Source: Candidatus Rifleibacteriota bacterium (GTDB lineage Bacteria; Muiribacteriota; Ozemobacteria; Ozemobacterales; Ozemobacteraceae). Taken from it: 32,879 nt of DNA. The notes below the pieces were generated by a model, which worked only from the letters and a program-made list of their open reading frames with translations, made no database searches and had not been told where the DNA came from. The position numbers were made by a program, and so were the translations under genes. Shown here one piece after another: positions 19,001 to 27,123 of this stretch; position 1 is the stretch's first letter; the number at the start of each line of letters is the position of its first letter. The stretch lies in contig JBNJGH010000027.1 of assembly GCA_051747585.1 (NCBI GenBank), positions 1-32,879 on the forward strand, written 5' to 3'.

Positions 19001-19447
19001 ATGGCGACCTCTGTTCACGGCAAAATGATTTACAAAGGCTCGGTTGGTCTGGATGCGACTGTCGATGGCGAGCTTAGTCTGGAAATTGTCAGGGAGTCTT
19101 GTCAGAATAGTCCGGTATTAAAACAGCTTGTTGGTAATAGAAGCAGTTTAAATGTGCCGGTTAGCGTTAAGGGTTCTTTTCTTTCACCCTCAATAGGGAT
19201 TCCTCTTGACAGAATGCTGAAAGATGCAGCACAAAATAGAGTTAAAGAAGAGATTGAAGATAGAGCCAAAGATGCACTCGGAAATATTTTCAAGAGCAAA
19301 AAAACAGATGAAGATAAGGCAAAAGACTCGGCTGTAACCGAACAACAGTCTGATACAACTAAACAGGAGAAAAAATCAACTTCGGAAGAGTTGGAAGACA
19401 AAGTAAAGGATCTGGGTAAGAATCTGAATAAAATTTTCGAGTTTTGA
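16094..19447 (+). CDS. AsmA-family protein (repeating beta-groove, putative lipid-transfer bridge)
   Basis: N-terminal TM anchor, about 1100 aa of beta-rich G-x-hydrophobic repeats, AsmA-like C-terminus 'LNGKASL..K.G' and 'VPVSVKGSFLSP'; GGAGG SD. Confidence 0.85.
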   Translation: MDSSSENSNMQTKKRGVRFYLKIFVTLFLLVALTMGISVYYVFHQLTTGDKFDGMLMEKISKTTKLDVSFASLDVSFPDISLKDVRIATDSKNLKLTSLVKQLDVTPDFWAALQGKLVLDSFSLSSTTAELTLPEKVEETPKDKDAQKGKKVDLSNFKFPLNSFFADSVTVIYKRQGWAKTSTFVLKNARLEKSILSASLPFGFDLNAENYGHVKAEGSLNWPETIKVQIIVDNVNEAELLKLIPGEYQNEVAKISKPQLMAEANFNITTQKLDFTEFNLSAEPGIVINGDTSITSFSPLNAKGKFVMQAMGVKTLHQMVKGYLPKNIVAEFEKGTIIPSIEFEVAGNSLKTLNAECQLDNIVATALALKEKITVDRGTIVYKDNKIEIPVLMAEIADSRFSLKNGQIGILPVKFVSELNADINFTRLWGLAKTYLPEAAASFTPGGRAEFDGKIVYQQQNFSVDGKLKSDHISLQEKQYEAKADINQLDILFKGLGKQSGELKVSNLALDILGSQLKVSGSVKNSKDPGFDLNAKGQIDLGNFSKFASALFKLPVKEDQFSGNINVDLALGGTLAELKPDGKLEFNNVRSSLPDQGLLIENFNGIAKADANQLVVEGLKANLAGGKLELSGSLKDFKKPVVKADAALKNADISSIRNFLQKNFEEFPNEIEMSGRTDVSLKLGGQISQPEINGQADVKDGRFFHPAIFRPLEKINGPVSFDNKGMTTQRVAANWGESAVVVKGAVKDWGKLETDLSYDVDPLAATDASGFFLKETGYKLEAAGTGKGNVVGPVEKIKVTGKADLPKGVFSAPVSEDNKDHFKFPFTDLTASFSYQDKILNILKANAKIFTGTVNASGKVYLAREPIKFSFDTKLDQLETSEFLRANTKFKDAVRGGLDGTAEITGNTTGLNSLNGKASLLMKKGSYSSPPVLQKIFKQLKADHLASGPIDNVSGDYKIANGRISSNNTMATSVHGKMIYKGSVGLDATVDGELSLEIVRESCQNSPVLKQLVGNRSSLNVPVSVKGSFLSPSIGIPLDRMLKDAAQNRVKEEIEDRAKDALGNIFKSKKTDEDKAKDSAVTEQQSDTTKQEKKSTSEELEDKVKDLGKNLNKIFEF

Positions 19448-19552
19448 GCTGGTTTTGGCAAAGGAGCTTAATTTCTGTCAATTCATTGCTGAAAATTTTA
19501 CTAAATTTTAGCAGGGGGCTTCCGAATTCTTATCTGATCAGTATAATGAAAT

Positions 19553-19568
19553 TGGTACACATTTTGCG
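19553..19568 (+). promoter_or_regulatory. sigma54 (-24/-12) promoter
   Basis: TGGTACACATTTTGCG, GG-N10-GC spacing, about 70 bp upstream of ATG 19640. Confidence 0.6.
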
Positions 19569-19639
19569 CCAAGTAAAAAGTGTCTTGAATATTATTGTTT
19601 ATTTTTATTCTAAAATTTATGTTTGGAGGGCAAAACCAG

Positions 19640-21163
19640 ATGTCTAGAAGTTTAACAAGAATTATTGCTCTGGTAGCGATCTTTTGTATGTTATTTTCTG
19701 TTGAGGCCTTTGCTGGTAAAGGTTCTGGCCACAGCGGACAAGGATTCTTCGCAAAAATAGGGGCCAAAGTAAAAGAGGCAACCCAGAAAGTAGGCAAAGC
19801 AGTAAAAACTGCAGCCAAGAAAACTGGCGCAGCAATTAAGAAGTCTGCCAAAAAGACGGGTGAAGCAGTAAAAGCTGCGGCTAAAAAGACCGGTGAAGCA
19901 GTAAAAGCTGCGGCTAAAAAGACCGGTGAAGCAGTAAAAGCTGCGGCTAAAAAGACTGGTCAGGCTGTTAAAAAAGCAGCAATCAAAACCGGCCAGAAAA
20001 TAAAAGTTGGCGGTGCAAAAGTTAATAATGCTTTTAAAGATTCCGGTGTGTGGATCAAATGGAAACTTACCGGTAAGAAAAAACGTGTATGGGTCGTTGG
20101 ACACTATGATAAAAACGGTAGATGGACCAAAGGTCACTGGAGAAAACTTACTCCTAAAGAAGCAGCACAAATGGGCGGTGGAAACTCTCCAGTTCAGGGT
20201 AATCATCCTGGTCAGGGCGATTCCCCGGGACAGTCCGGTCCAATCGCAAGTCCATTGCCACCTGCAGACGTTCCCGACGTTCCATCTCAGGATGCCGGAC
20301 AGGCTGGTCAGGCGGGACAGGCTGGTCAGACCTTACCACCTGCCGATGACGTAGGCCAGACTCCAGAAGCGCCTCCGGCAGATACGCCTGAAGATGACGC
20401 AGGCGAAGCTCCAGAAGCACCTCCGGCAGATGCGCCTGAAGATGACGCAGGCGAAGCTCCAGAAGCACCTCCTGCTGATATGCCTGAAGATGAGGGTGAA
20501 GCACCTGAAGATCCAGTTCTTCCTGAACTTCCCGATGAACCGGGTGATGTTCCAGAAGCACCTGAGCTACCACCAGAAGACGACGATGTTGCTCAGACAC
20601 CGGATGCTCCAGAAGCTGATGTTCCTTCACAGGATGCCGGACAGGCTGGTCAGAGCGAACAGTCTGGTCAGAGTGAACAAGCAGGTCAGACTGAGCAGTC
20701 TGGTGAATCAGAACAGGGCTCTCAGAGCGGCGAGGCAGAACAGGAACAGAAATTTGTCCATCAGGAAGTATCTCTCAGAACTCTGGGTATGTTAATGGAT
20801 GAACTGGTAGAAGATTCAAATTCAATTACCGATTATAAGCGTAGCTTCAATGAAACTCCTGGTATGAGCTTCTCTATGGATACCCAGGCTGATATTAACA
20901 GTCTTTATAAATCAAGAGAAAACAATGCTGATCTCCTGGCTAGAGTTATAGTTTATGATCTAGACAAAAATGAAGGCAGTGCTGGTAAATACTTCTCATA
21001 TTTCACCCACAAAATGAACAAGCTTGATGCAAATTCAAGAAAACTTATCAATGATGTCATCGAAGAAGTAAAAGAAGGTATTAAGCACAATTCTAACCAC
21101 GTTGTCGAAGAAGATGTTAAGGAAGCATTTGAAAAAAGACTTCAGGATATCAGTAACTACTGA
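19640..21163 (+). CDS. secreted low-complexity repeat protein (basic 11-mer repeats, YXWGXW-like motif, acidic Pro-rich linker, helical C-terminus)
   Basis: Signal peptide ending AFA; GGAGG SD before ATG 19640; K-rich, then P/E/D/A-rich, then GQx segments. Confidence 0.8.
   Translation: MSRSLTRIIALVAIFCMLFSVEAFAGKGSGHSGQGFFAKIGAKVKEATQKVGKAVKTAAKKTGAAIKKSAKKTGEAVKAAAKKTGEAVKAAAKKTGEAVKAAAKKTGQAVKKAAIKTGQKIKVGGAKVNNAFKDSGVWIKWKLTGKKKRVWVVGHYDKNGRWTKGHWRKLTPKEAAQMGGGNSPVQGNHPGQGDSPGQSGPIASPLPPADVPDVPSQDAGQAGQAGQAGQTLPPADDVGQTPEAPPADTPEDDAGEAPEAPPADAPEDDAGEAPEAPPADMPEDEGEAPEDPVLPELPDEPGDVPEAPELPPEDDDVAQTPDAPEADVPSQDAGQAGQSEQSGQSEQAGQTEQSGESEQGSQSGEAEQEQKFVHQEVSLRTLGMLMDELVEDSNSITDYKRSFNETPGMSFSMDTQADINSLYKSRENNADLLARVIVYDLDKNEGSAGKYFSYFTHKMNKLDANSRKLINDVIEEVKEGIKHNSNHVVEEDVKEAFEKRLQDISNY
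19793..19990 (+). repeat. six 33-bp tandem repeats (GEAVKAAAKKT)
   Basis: Units start at 19793, 19826, 19859, 19892, 19925 and 19958; units 3-5 are nearly identical. Confidence 0.95.
20363..20510 (+). repeat. three about 48-bp tandem repeats (PEAPPADxPEDDAGEA)
   Basis: Units start at 20363, 20411 and 20459. Confidence 0.9.
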
Positions 21164-21180
21164 TAACATTTAATAAAATG

Positions 21181-21212
21181 AGAGCCACATTTTTATGTGG
21201 CTCTTTTTTTTT
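21181..21212 (+). terminator. intrinsic terminator
   Basis: AGAGCCACAT-TTTT-ATGTGGCTCT followed by a T-tract. Confidence 0.9.
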
Positions 21213-21234
21213 GCCTGTAAAAACGAAAAAATAG

Positions 21235-21263
21235 TTGATTACTTTGTTTTACAGCTCTAAACT
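21235..21263 (+). promoter_or_regulatory. sigma70-type promoter
   Basis: TTGATT-17 bp-TAAACT. Confidence 0.55.
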
Positions 21264-21281
21264 GAATTCTGGAGAAACTTA

Positions 21282-22832
21282 ATGAATTCGAAACTTGGAA
21301 AAATTTTTCTTGTTCTTTCGCTTATATTATTGGCTGCAGTTGTTTTAAGGCTTGCCGGCCCCGAAGAAACAAAACATTATCACCTGATTTTAACCGGTGT
21401 AAGCAAGGGGCGATTACACCCGTATCGAGCAAGGTTTAAACCACATAAAGGTCAGCTGGTTGGAGGGGCTGCCGGTCTGTCGGCTTTGATAAAGAACAGA
21501 GTCGCTTCTTTTGGCCGTGATCCATATAATCTTGTATCTGTTGGCAGCGAACTTTCTGGTACAGCTGATGCATATTTTACCAGAGGAGCAGCAATAGTAT
21601 CTGCTCTTAACGGAATCGGTGTCGAAGCGATGCTTGTTGGTAATATAGAGTTTACCTTTGGTCAGAAACGGTTGTCAGAGCTATCTGAGCAGGCAGAGTT
21701 TCCGTTTCTCAGTTCTAACGTCACAGAAACAGGACCCGGGCAGATTCCCGCATATTTAACTCCCGAGGTAATTCTCTATCCTGGTCAGAGTATTAAAGTC
21801 GGTTTTGTCGGTCTTACACCGCCACAGACTCCTGATTTAACTTTTGCTCCTAATGTTGTCGGGCTTGAATTTGCCAAAGTTGAAACCGCCCTTGAAAATA
21901 GAATTCTTTCATTAAGAAAAGCAGGGGTCGATATTATAGTCTTGTTAACCTTGTTAAACAGCAAAAAAATAAATTCCAGGCAATGGAAATCAATTGTAAA
22001 TGTAAGGCCCGATGTATGTATAATGCTTGATTATGAAATAGAAGCTCCGAGAGTGGTTAGGAAAGATGGTATAATTATCAAAACTATTAGTGGATATAAC
22101 AAGACTAAAGAAATAGACACTCTTGATTTAGCTCTAAGAGGGAATCCGGCTAAAATTGTCGCTTTTTCGGGATCGCGACATGTGGTAAATCATGCCGAAC
22201 TTATTCCGGATAAAGAAGTTGCTGAAATAGTCGAAGAAACAACCAGAAAAGTGCGAGAATTAAAAAAAGAAAAGATTGCCGAGTTTGCCCGCGATTATCA
22301 GCGCAAATATTATCGAGAAGGGCCTATAGGGAACATGGTTGCCGATGCCATGAAAGCTGAAACCGGAGCAGAAGTCGCTTTGCAGAACGCAGGTGGTATT
22401 CAAAACAATATTAGCTCTGGAACATTTACTGTCGGCGATTTATTTAACGTACTGCCCTTTGATAATCAGCTTGTTACAATGCAGATTTCAGGAAGTGCCC
22501 TGCTTGAAATCCTTTCTCAGTCTGCCAGCCTGTATCGTGGTGTTATGCAAGTGTCTGGCATGTCATATGCCTTTGCCAATCGTGAAGAGGATGATTATGA
22601 GTTAAAGTGGGCAAAAATTAATGGTGAGCCTGTAGTGGCAACCAGAACTTACTCTATTTGTACTAATAGTTTTCTTGCGTCGGGTGGCGATAATTTTCTC
22701 GGTTTCAAACAGGGCAGAAATCTGGAATATGGAAGAATTCAAAGAGATGTCGTTAAAGACTATCTTGCTCAATTCCAAGATGAATGGCCTGTTGAACTAA
22801 TGGTGGAAGATAGAATAAAAATTGTAGATTGA
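21282..22832 (+). CDS. exported 5'-nucleotidase (UshA/CpdB-like) homolog with degenerate metallophosphoesterase site
   Basis: Signal/anchor helix; 'GNIEF.FG', 'FPFLSSNV', 'KVGFVGLT'; clear 5'-nucleotidase C-domain 'GNMVADAM', 'N.GGI', 'VLPFDN', 'QVSG', 'FLASGGDNF'; metal ligands substituted. Confidence 0.85.
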   Translation: MNSKLGKIFLVLSLILLAAVVLRLAGPEETKHYHLILTGVSKGRLHPYRARFKPHKGQLVGGAAGLSALIKNRVASFGRDPYNLVSVGSELSGTADAYFTRGAAIVSALNGIGVEAMLVGNIEFTFGQKRLSELSEQAEFPFLSSNVTETGPGQIPAYLTPEVILYPGQSIKVGFVGLTPPQTPDLTFAPNVVGLEFAKVETALENRILSLRKAGVDIIVLLTLLNSKKINSRQWKSIVNVRPDVCIMLDYEIEAPRVVRKDGIIIKTISGYNKTKEIDTLDLALRGNPAKIVAFSGSRHVVNHAELIPDKEVAEIVEETTRKVRELKKEKIAEFARDYQRKYYREGPIGNMVADAMKAETGAEVALQNAGGIQNNISSGTFTVGDLFNVLPFDNQLVTMQISGSALLEILSQSASLYRGVMQVSGMSYAFANREEDDYELKWAKINGEPVVATRTYSICTNSFLASGGDNFLGFKQGRNLEYGRIQRDVVKDYLAQFQDEWPVELMVEDRIKIVD

Positions 22833-22872
22833 GTTTATTTTTTAGTTAAGTTTGGCTGCAAAAGGCTTTAAA

Positions 22873-22901
22873 TTGTTTTTTTATTCTGGAAGTGGTAGAA
22901 T
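22873..22901 (+). promoter_or_regulatory. sigma70-type promoter, nearly leaderless, for the HD-GYP gene
   Basis: TTGTTT-17 bp-TAGAAT with TGn, ending 9 nt before ATG 22911; no SD. Confidence 0.5.
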
Positions 22902-22910
22902 CCTAAAGTA

Positions 22911-24494
22911 ATGTTTGATATATCCTGGTTAAATCAGACTGGCGGCAAAGTCAGCAAAGAAGCCTTGATTCGTGAAAACGAAGTTCTGAAAAAACAAATT
23001 CATGAACTTCTGAATCTCGATGAAACCGGCTTCTTTATTGAGTTAAACTCACTTTTAAAGGCGATTTTAAAAAAAGCTCTGGTTTTGTGCAAAGCAGAGT
23101 CCTCTTTTTTCTCTCTTGCCGGCAAAGACCCTGCAGAGCTAGATGTCAGAATCAGTAACATGATTCTTGAAGAAAAAATGGAAAACATTCGCCGCAAATT
23201 CAAACAAGAATATATTCGCTGGCAGGAATCCGAAACTCCTATTATAAGTATAGACGATTTTATACTTTTGCCTCTGGTTAGAAGGCATCGAATGTTGGGA
23301 GTAATAGGCTTGAAGCTCACCGCTGAAGCTCCCGAAAATATTTGCGAAATACTGCCGATTCTTGCTTCACAGGCAGCCGCCTCGCTTGAAAGTGCAATTC
23401 TTTACGAAAGAATGTTTAAAAGGCTTCTTGTTTTGAGCAATGTTTTTATTCTCGGTAAAGAGATTGTAACCAACATCGACCTTGAACCGCTGGTAGAGAA
23501 ATTCCTCTCCATTGCCCGCGATGGCACCGATAGTGAAGTTGCCTGTATTTTTCTGGTCAGAGAAGGCGATGCAAAACCCTACTTTACTCAGGTTCAGCTT
23601 GCCGAAGGAACTACAACTTTTTCCAAAGAATCCTGTGCAGGTTATACAGAGTTCATAAAAGCTATCAGACAGGAAGAAAAACACAAGCTGATTACCGATC
23701 TTGAAAAAAGTGAATTTTGTCAGGTCGAGAAAAATAAAGTCGTGGGTATTGAATTAAGAGACACAATTGCTTTGCCAATGAAGCCCAGGGATAAATTCCT
23801 CGGGGTAATTCAGGTGGCCAACAAAAAAGGCAATTCTTTGTACCGCCCCGAAGATCTTGATTTGTTAAAAATTCTTGGCAACCAGATTGCATTTGTCATT
23901 CAGAATGCTGATCTCTTCAATAATCTTCAGAATGCTTATATCGATACTTTGTCTGCGCTTACCAGTGCAATCGATGCCAAAGACAGCTATACCCGCGGCC
24001 ACTCAGAGAGAGTCACCGAGCTATCTATTCAGCTTGGTAACGAGCTTGGGTTAGCTCAGGAAGAAATAGAAAAAATTAAACTTGGAGGCCTTTTACATGA
24101 TATCGGTAAAATCGGTATTCCTGAAGGCATCCTCAATAAGCCCGGAAGACTCGATGACGAAGAATTTAAAACCATCAGATCGCACCCTGAACTTGGAATT
24201 CGAATTCTTGGTAAAGTTGAATTCCTTTCTGGAATTGTTGATGTCATTAAACATCATCATGAGCGCTATGACGGCAAAGGCTATCCGGAAGGGCTTGTCG
24301 GCGACAAAATCCCTCTGCTTGCAAGAATTATTGCAGTTGCAGATACTTTTGATGCAATGACGACGGATCGACCTTACAGAAAGGCTTTAACTGTAGATGA
24401 AGCTTTAAAAGAAATAAGACATTGTTCGGGGTCGCAATTCGATCCTGAGATTGCTCCGGTATTTATAAAAATGATTCGCAAAAGCAAAAATTAA
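22911..24494 (+). CDS. GAF-GAF-HD-GYP cyclic di-nucleotide phosphodiesterase
   Basis: GAF signatures 'LPL......LGVI' and 'LPM......LGVIQVANK'; HD-GYP motifs 'AIDAKDSYTRGHSERV', 'LLHDIGK', 'HHERYDGKGYP', 'IAVADTFDAMT..RPYR', 'QFDP'. Confidence 0.95.
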   Translation: MFDISWLNQTGGKVSKEALIRENEVLKKQIHELLNLDETGFFIELNSLLKAILKKALVLCKAESSFFSLAGKDPAELDVRISNMILEEKMENIRRKFKQEYIRWQESETPIISIDDFILLPLVRRHRMLGVIGLKLTAEAPENICEILPILASQAAASLESAILYERMFKRLLVLSNVFILGKEIVTNIDLEPLVEKFLSIARDGTDSEVACIFLVREGDAKPYFTQVQLAEGTTTFSKESCAGYTEFIKAIRQEEKHKLITDLEKSEFCQVEKNKVVGIELRDTIALPMKPRDKFLGVIQVANKKGNSLYRPEDLDLLKILGNQIAFVIQNADLFNNLQNAYIDTLSALTSAIDAKDSYTRGHSERVTELSIQLGNELGLAQEEIEKIKLGGLLHDIGKIGIPEGILNKPGRLDDEEFKTIRSHPELGIRILGKVEFLSGIVDVIKHHHERYDGKGYPEGLVGDKIPLLARIIAVADTFDAMTTDRPYRKALTVDEALKEIRHCSGSQFDPEIAPVFIKMIRKSKN

Positions 24495-24495
24495 A

Positions 24496-27054
24496 ATGAA
24501 ATTTATTCGCAATTCTCGTTTTATTGAACGTTTATTACTCTCAGTTATTGTAATATCTCTGGCTTGTTTCGCCTATTATTTTTCACTGGCAGATCTTCAA
24601 GAGCAATCAAGAATTTTTAAGAAACAGCGTATTATGCTGGTGAAGCTTTTGGCAGATGAAATAATTGAGCTTGCCGATCGCAAACTTGATTTAACTCCAA
24701 GATTGAAAAATCTGCTTGCCGAAGAAGCTGTTGCCTATGCTCTGGTTCAGCAATCAGACGGTGCAGTGATTGCCAGGGCCGAAAACCAGTCTTTACCCAT
24801 TGGAATTCTTCGCAAGGTTGAAGAAAAGGCTTTAAAGGCAACACATCTTACTCTGATTCCATTCAAAGATACATCCGATACTTTTTCTCTTATTGAAGTG
24901 GCAATGCCGGTGATTATTTCAAATGGAAACAAGCTTATACTCAGAGTTGGTTTTTTTCGTAATCAAGAGCTGGCAAAGCGAGATCATATAAGATTCAGAA
25001 ACATTCTTTTCTTTTCTCTTATTTTGCTGGCAATGTTTCTTTACTGGTTTGTAAGAAAACATCATGCTTCGAGTTTGCAACACACATTGCTTGGTGGTAG
25101 CGCCCTGTTGATTTTAATTCTGTTTCTTGCCACCAGAGTAACAGTTCAGAACTGGTATGATAAAAATTGGCGCGAAACTTCTGTCCGACATGGTTTGTAT
25201 CTGAGCAAGGTATTTACCCCCGCTGCTATGAGATTTATAGAAACCGGCGAAGACAAAGACCTCAAGAATGCTTATGAGCTCGTTGCCTCCGATGAAAATC
25301 TTGCCTATATAAGCTTGATTAAAGATGATCAAATAATTTTTCATTCCGACCCAACTCAAATAGGTAATTCTGTAGCCGAAGAAGCAGGTTATCAGATGAG
25401 CCTGAACTATGACAGGCCAAGAATTTTAAAGCTTGAAGAGCCTGATATGTACGAAGCTTATGTGCCCATCATGAAGGGAATGCATCGCCTGGGAACCCTT
25501 AAAACTGGTCTAAGAGATAATTCAGGCTATGAGCATCTTTCAATTTTACGTGATCGCCTGATTTTAATTTTTATCGTCGGTCTTGTTTTAATGCTGTTTT
25601 TTATGCATCTTCTGTCACGCCGGGTATCAAAAGAAATTAACTGGTTTATAAAAGCCATGGATCAGATAACTGCCGGTGATTTACGCCAGAATATTTACAT
25701 AGAAAGAAACGATGAGTTTGGACAGCTTGCTCATGCTTTTAATTTCATGCTTATGAGCATGAAAGAAAGAGATCTGATTGGTAGAGGCTTGCAGCAATAT
25801 GTTAGCCGAAGTATTGTCGAAAGAACCCTTAAGGCGGTCGCTGGCCACGAAAAAAATGGCGAAAAATTGTTTGCCGTTTCTTTTTTCCTTTATTTCAGTG
25901 GTATAGATGAAGCTATTTCAAGGGTCGAAGGGGGACGAGTTTTTTCAGCGGTTCAGGAGTGTTACACAGTTGTAAGAAAACTGTGTCAATCATTCAATCA
26001 CGCACATCTGCAAATGTTTCCCTCGGGAATTCTTGTGTTGTTTACCTACCAGAACAAACATGATTCTTTATTGAAAGCTTTAAATCTTGCTAAGCTCACT
26101 GCCCGCGACCTGGGGCGTCGTCCCGAGATGCCCTTTGCTCCAAAAGTTACCATGCATGCCATGGATATGATTCGGGGCCGGGTTGTTGGCAACGAAAAAG
26201 ATTCTGCTTTTATTGGTGATGGTTTTGCTGATTTTAGAACTTTAAGCAAGATTCAAGACAGCGATGAAATTATTGCCAGCCGCGAACTTCATGTTTTACT
26301 CAAAGATGTAATTAATTTTGAAGAACTTGAAGTGCTATCGGGTGAACAGGGGCGTTTTAATGCATTTGTAATTAGAAACTTCAAAGATCATCAAGAACTG
26401 TTAGAAAGCTATTCAGAAGCCACTGCCTGGTCCAGAATAATGGTTCTTCGTATTATTAAAACCTCTGATGAGCTTGAAACTCCTGAGCTGCTTTATAAAT
26501 GGTATGAAGACGAAAATAGTGAAGTAAGATATCAGGTTCTGGATGCTCTCGAAAAAATTCGGCCCGAAGGCCTGTGTGATTTTGTTGTTGAAGTTCTTAA
26601 AAAAGAAAAAGACCCCAAAGTTCTTTCCCGAGCGATTAGATTGCTTGGTCATATCGGCAACGAGGAGCATGTGTCTGTTATTTCAGAGCAGTTGCGTTCA
26701 GAAGATCGCAGGGTAAAGGCCAATGCGGTAGAAGCTCTTGAGGCTATAGGCGGCAAAAGAGTTTATGAATTTCTTAACCTGCTGGTTGATGAAAAAGATA
26801 ACAGAGTTAAGGCAAATATTCTCATAGCTCTTGGCAAATATGGTGATTTAAAGGTTTTCGACCTTTTGTCGCGAATGATTCAGGATTCTGACAGTCACAT
26901 GAGGGCTTCGGCTGCTTATGCACTTGGACGCCTGGGCATGGCTCAAGGGGTTGAGCCTCTGGTGGCTGCGCTCTCAGATAAAGATCCGATGGTGCGCAGG
27001 CAGGTCGTAGCTTCGCTTACATCGCTGAGAGCCGATCTGGATATCGAGATTTAA
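24496..27054 (+). CDS. membrane sensor protein: two PDC/Cache-like extracytoplasmic domains, HAMP, degenerate class III nucleotide cyclase-like domain, HEAT repeats
   Basis: Four TM segments; HAMP 'ITAGDL...I.IERNDEFGQLAHAFN.M'; post-HAMP 'QYVSRSIVE'; cyclase-like 'AFIGDG' and 'EIIASRE'; HEAT repeats 'RVKANAVEAL', 'MRASAAYALGRLG', 'ALSDKDPMVR'. Confidence 0.75.
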   Translation: MKFIRNSRFIERLLLSVIVISLACFAYYFSLADLQEQSRIFKKQRIMLVKLLADEIIELADRKLDLTPRLKNLLAEEAVAYALVQQSDGAVIARAENQSLPIGILRKVEEKALKATHLTLIPFKDTSDTFSLIEVAMPVIISNGNKLILRVGFFRNQELAKRDHIRFRNILFFSLILLAMFLYWFVRKHHASSLQHTLLGGSALLILILFLATRVTVQNWYDKNWRETSVRHGLYLSKVFTPAAMRFIETGEDKDLKNAYELVASDENLAYISLIKDDQIIFHSDPTQIGNSVAEEAGYQMSLNYDRPRILKLEEPDMYEAYVPIMKGMHRLGTLKTGLRDNSGYEHLSILRDRLILIFIVGLVLMLFFMHLLSRRVSKEINWFIKAMDQITAGDLRQNIYIERNDEFGQLAHAFNFMLMSMKERDLIGRGLQQYVSRSIVERTLKAVAGHEKNGEKLFAVSFFLYFSGIDEAISRVEGGRVFSAVQECYTVVRKLCQSFNHAHLQMFPSGILVLFTYQNKHDSLLKALNLAKLTARDLGRRPEMPFAPKVTMHAMDMIRGRVVGNEKDSAFIGDGFADFRTLSKIQDSDEIIASRELHVLLKDVINFEELEVLSGEQGRFNAFVIRNFKDHQELLESYSEATAWSRIMVLRIIKTSDELETPELLYKWYEDENSEVRYQVLDALEKIRPEGLCDFVVEVLKKEKDPKVLSRAIRLLGHIGNEEHVSVISEQLRSEDRRVKANAVEALEAIGGKRVYEFLNLLVDEKDNRVKANILIALGKYGDLKVFDLLSRMIQDSDSHMRASAAYALGRLGMAQGVEPLVAALSDKDPMVRRQVVASLTSLRADLDIEI

Positions 27055-27123
27055 ACCTTTAGAGGTTAATTAATAAAGTTTATTAAATTACAAGGCAAGT
27101 GTTTCACAAGAAAGGAGGCTGTC

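Noticed and set aside
19793..20510. 33-bp and 48-bp repeats as a possible CRISPR array
   Set aside because: They are contiguous in-frame coding repeats without unique spacers, and no cas genes are present
19501..20795. Overlapping ORFs 19501-19851, 19691-20206, 20007-20354, 20154-20630 and 20394-20795
   Set aside because: Shadow frames caused by the low-complexity repeats of the real gene; no SD or recognisable domain
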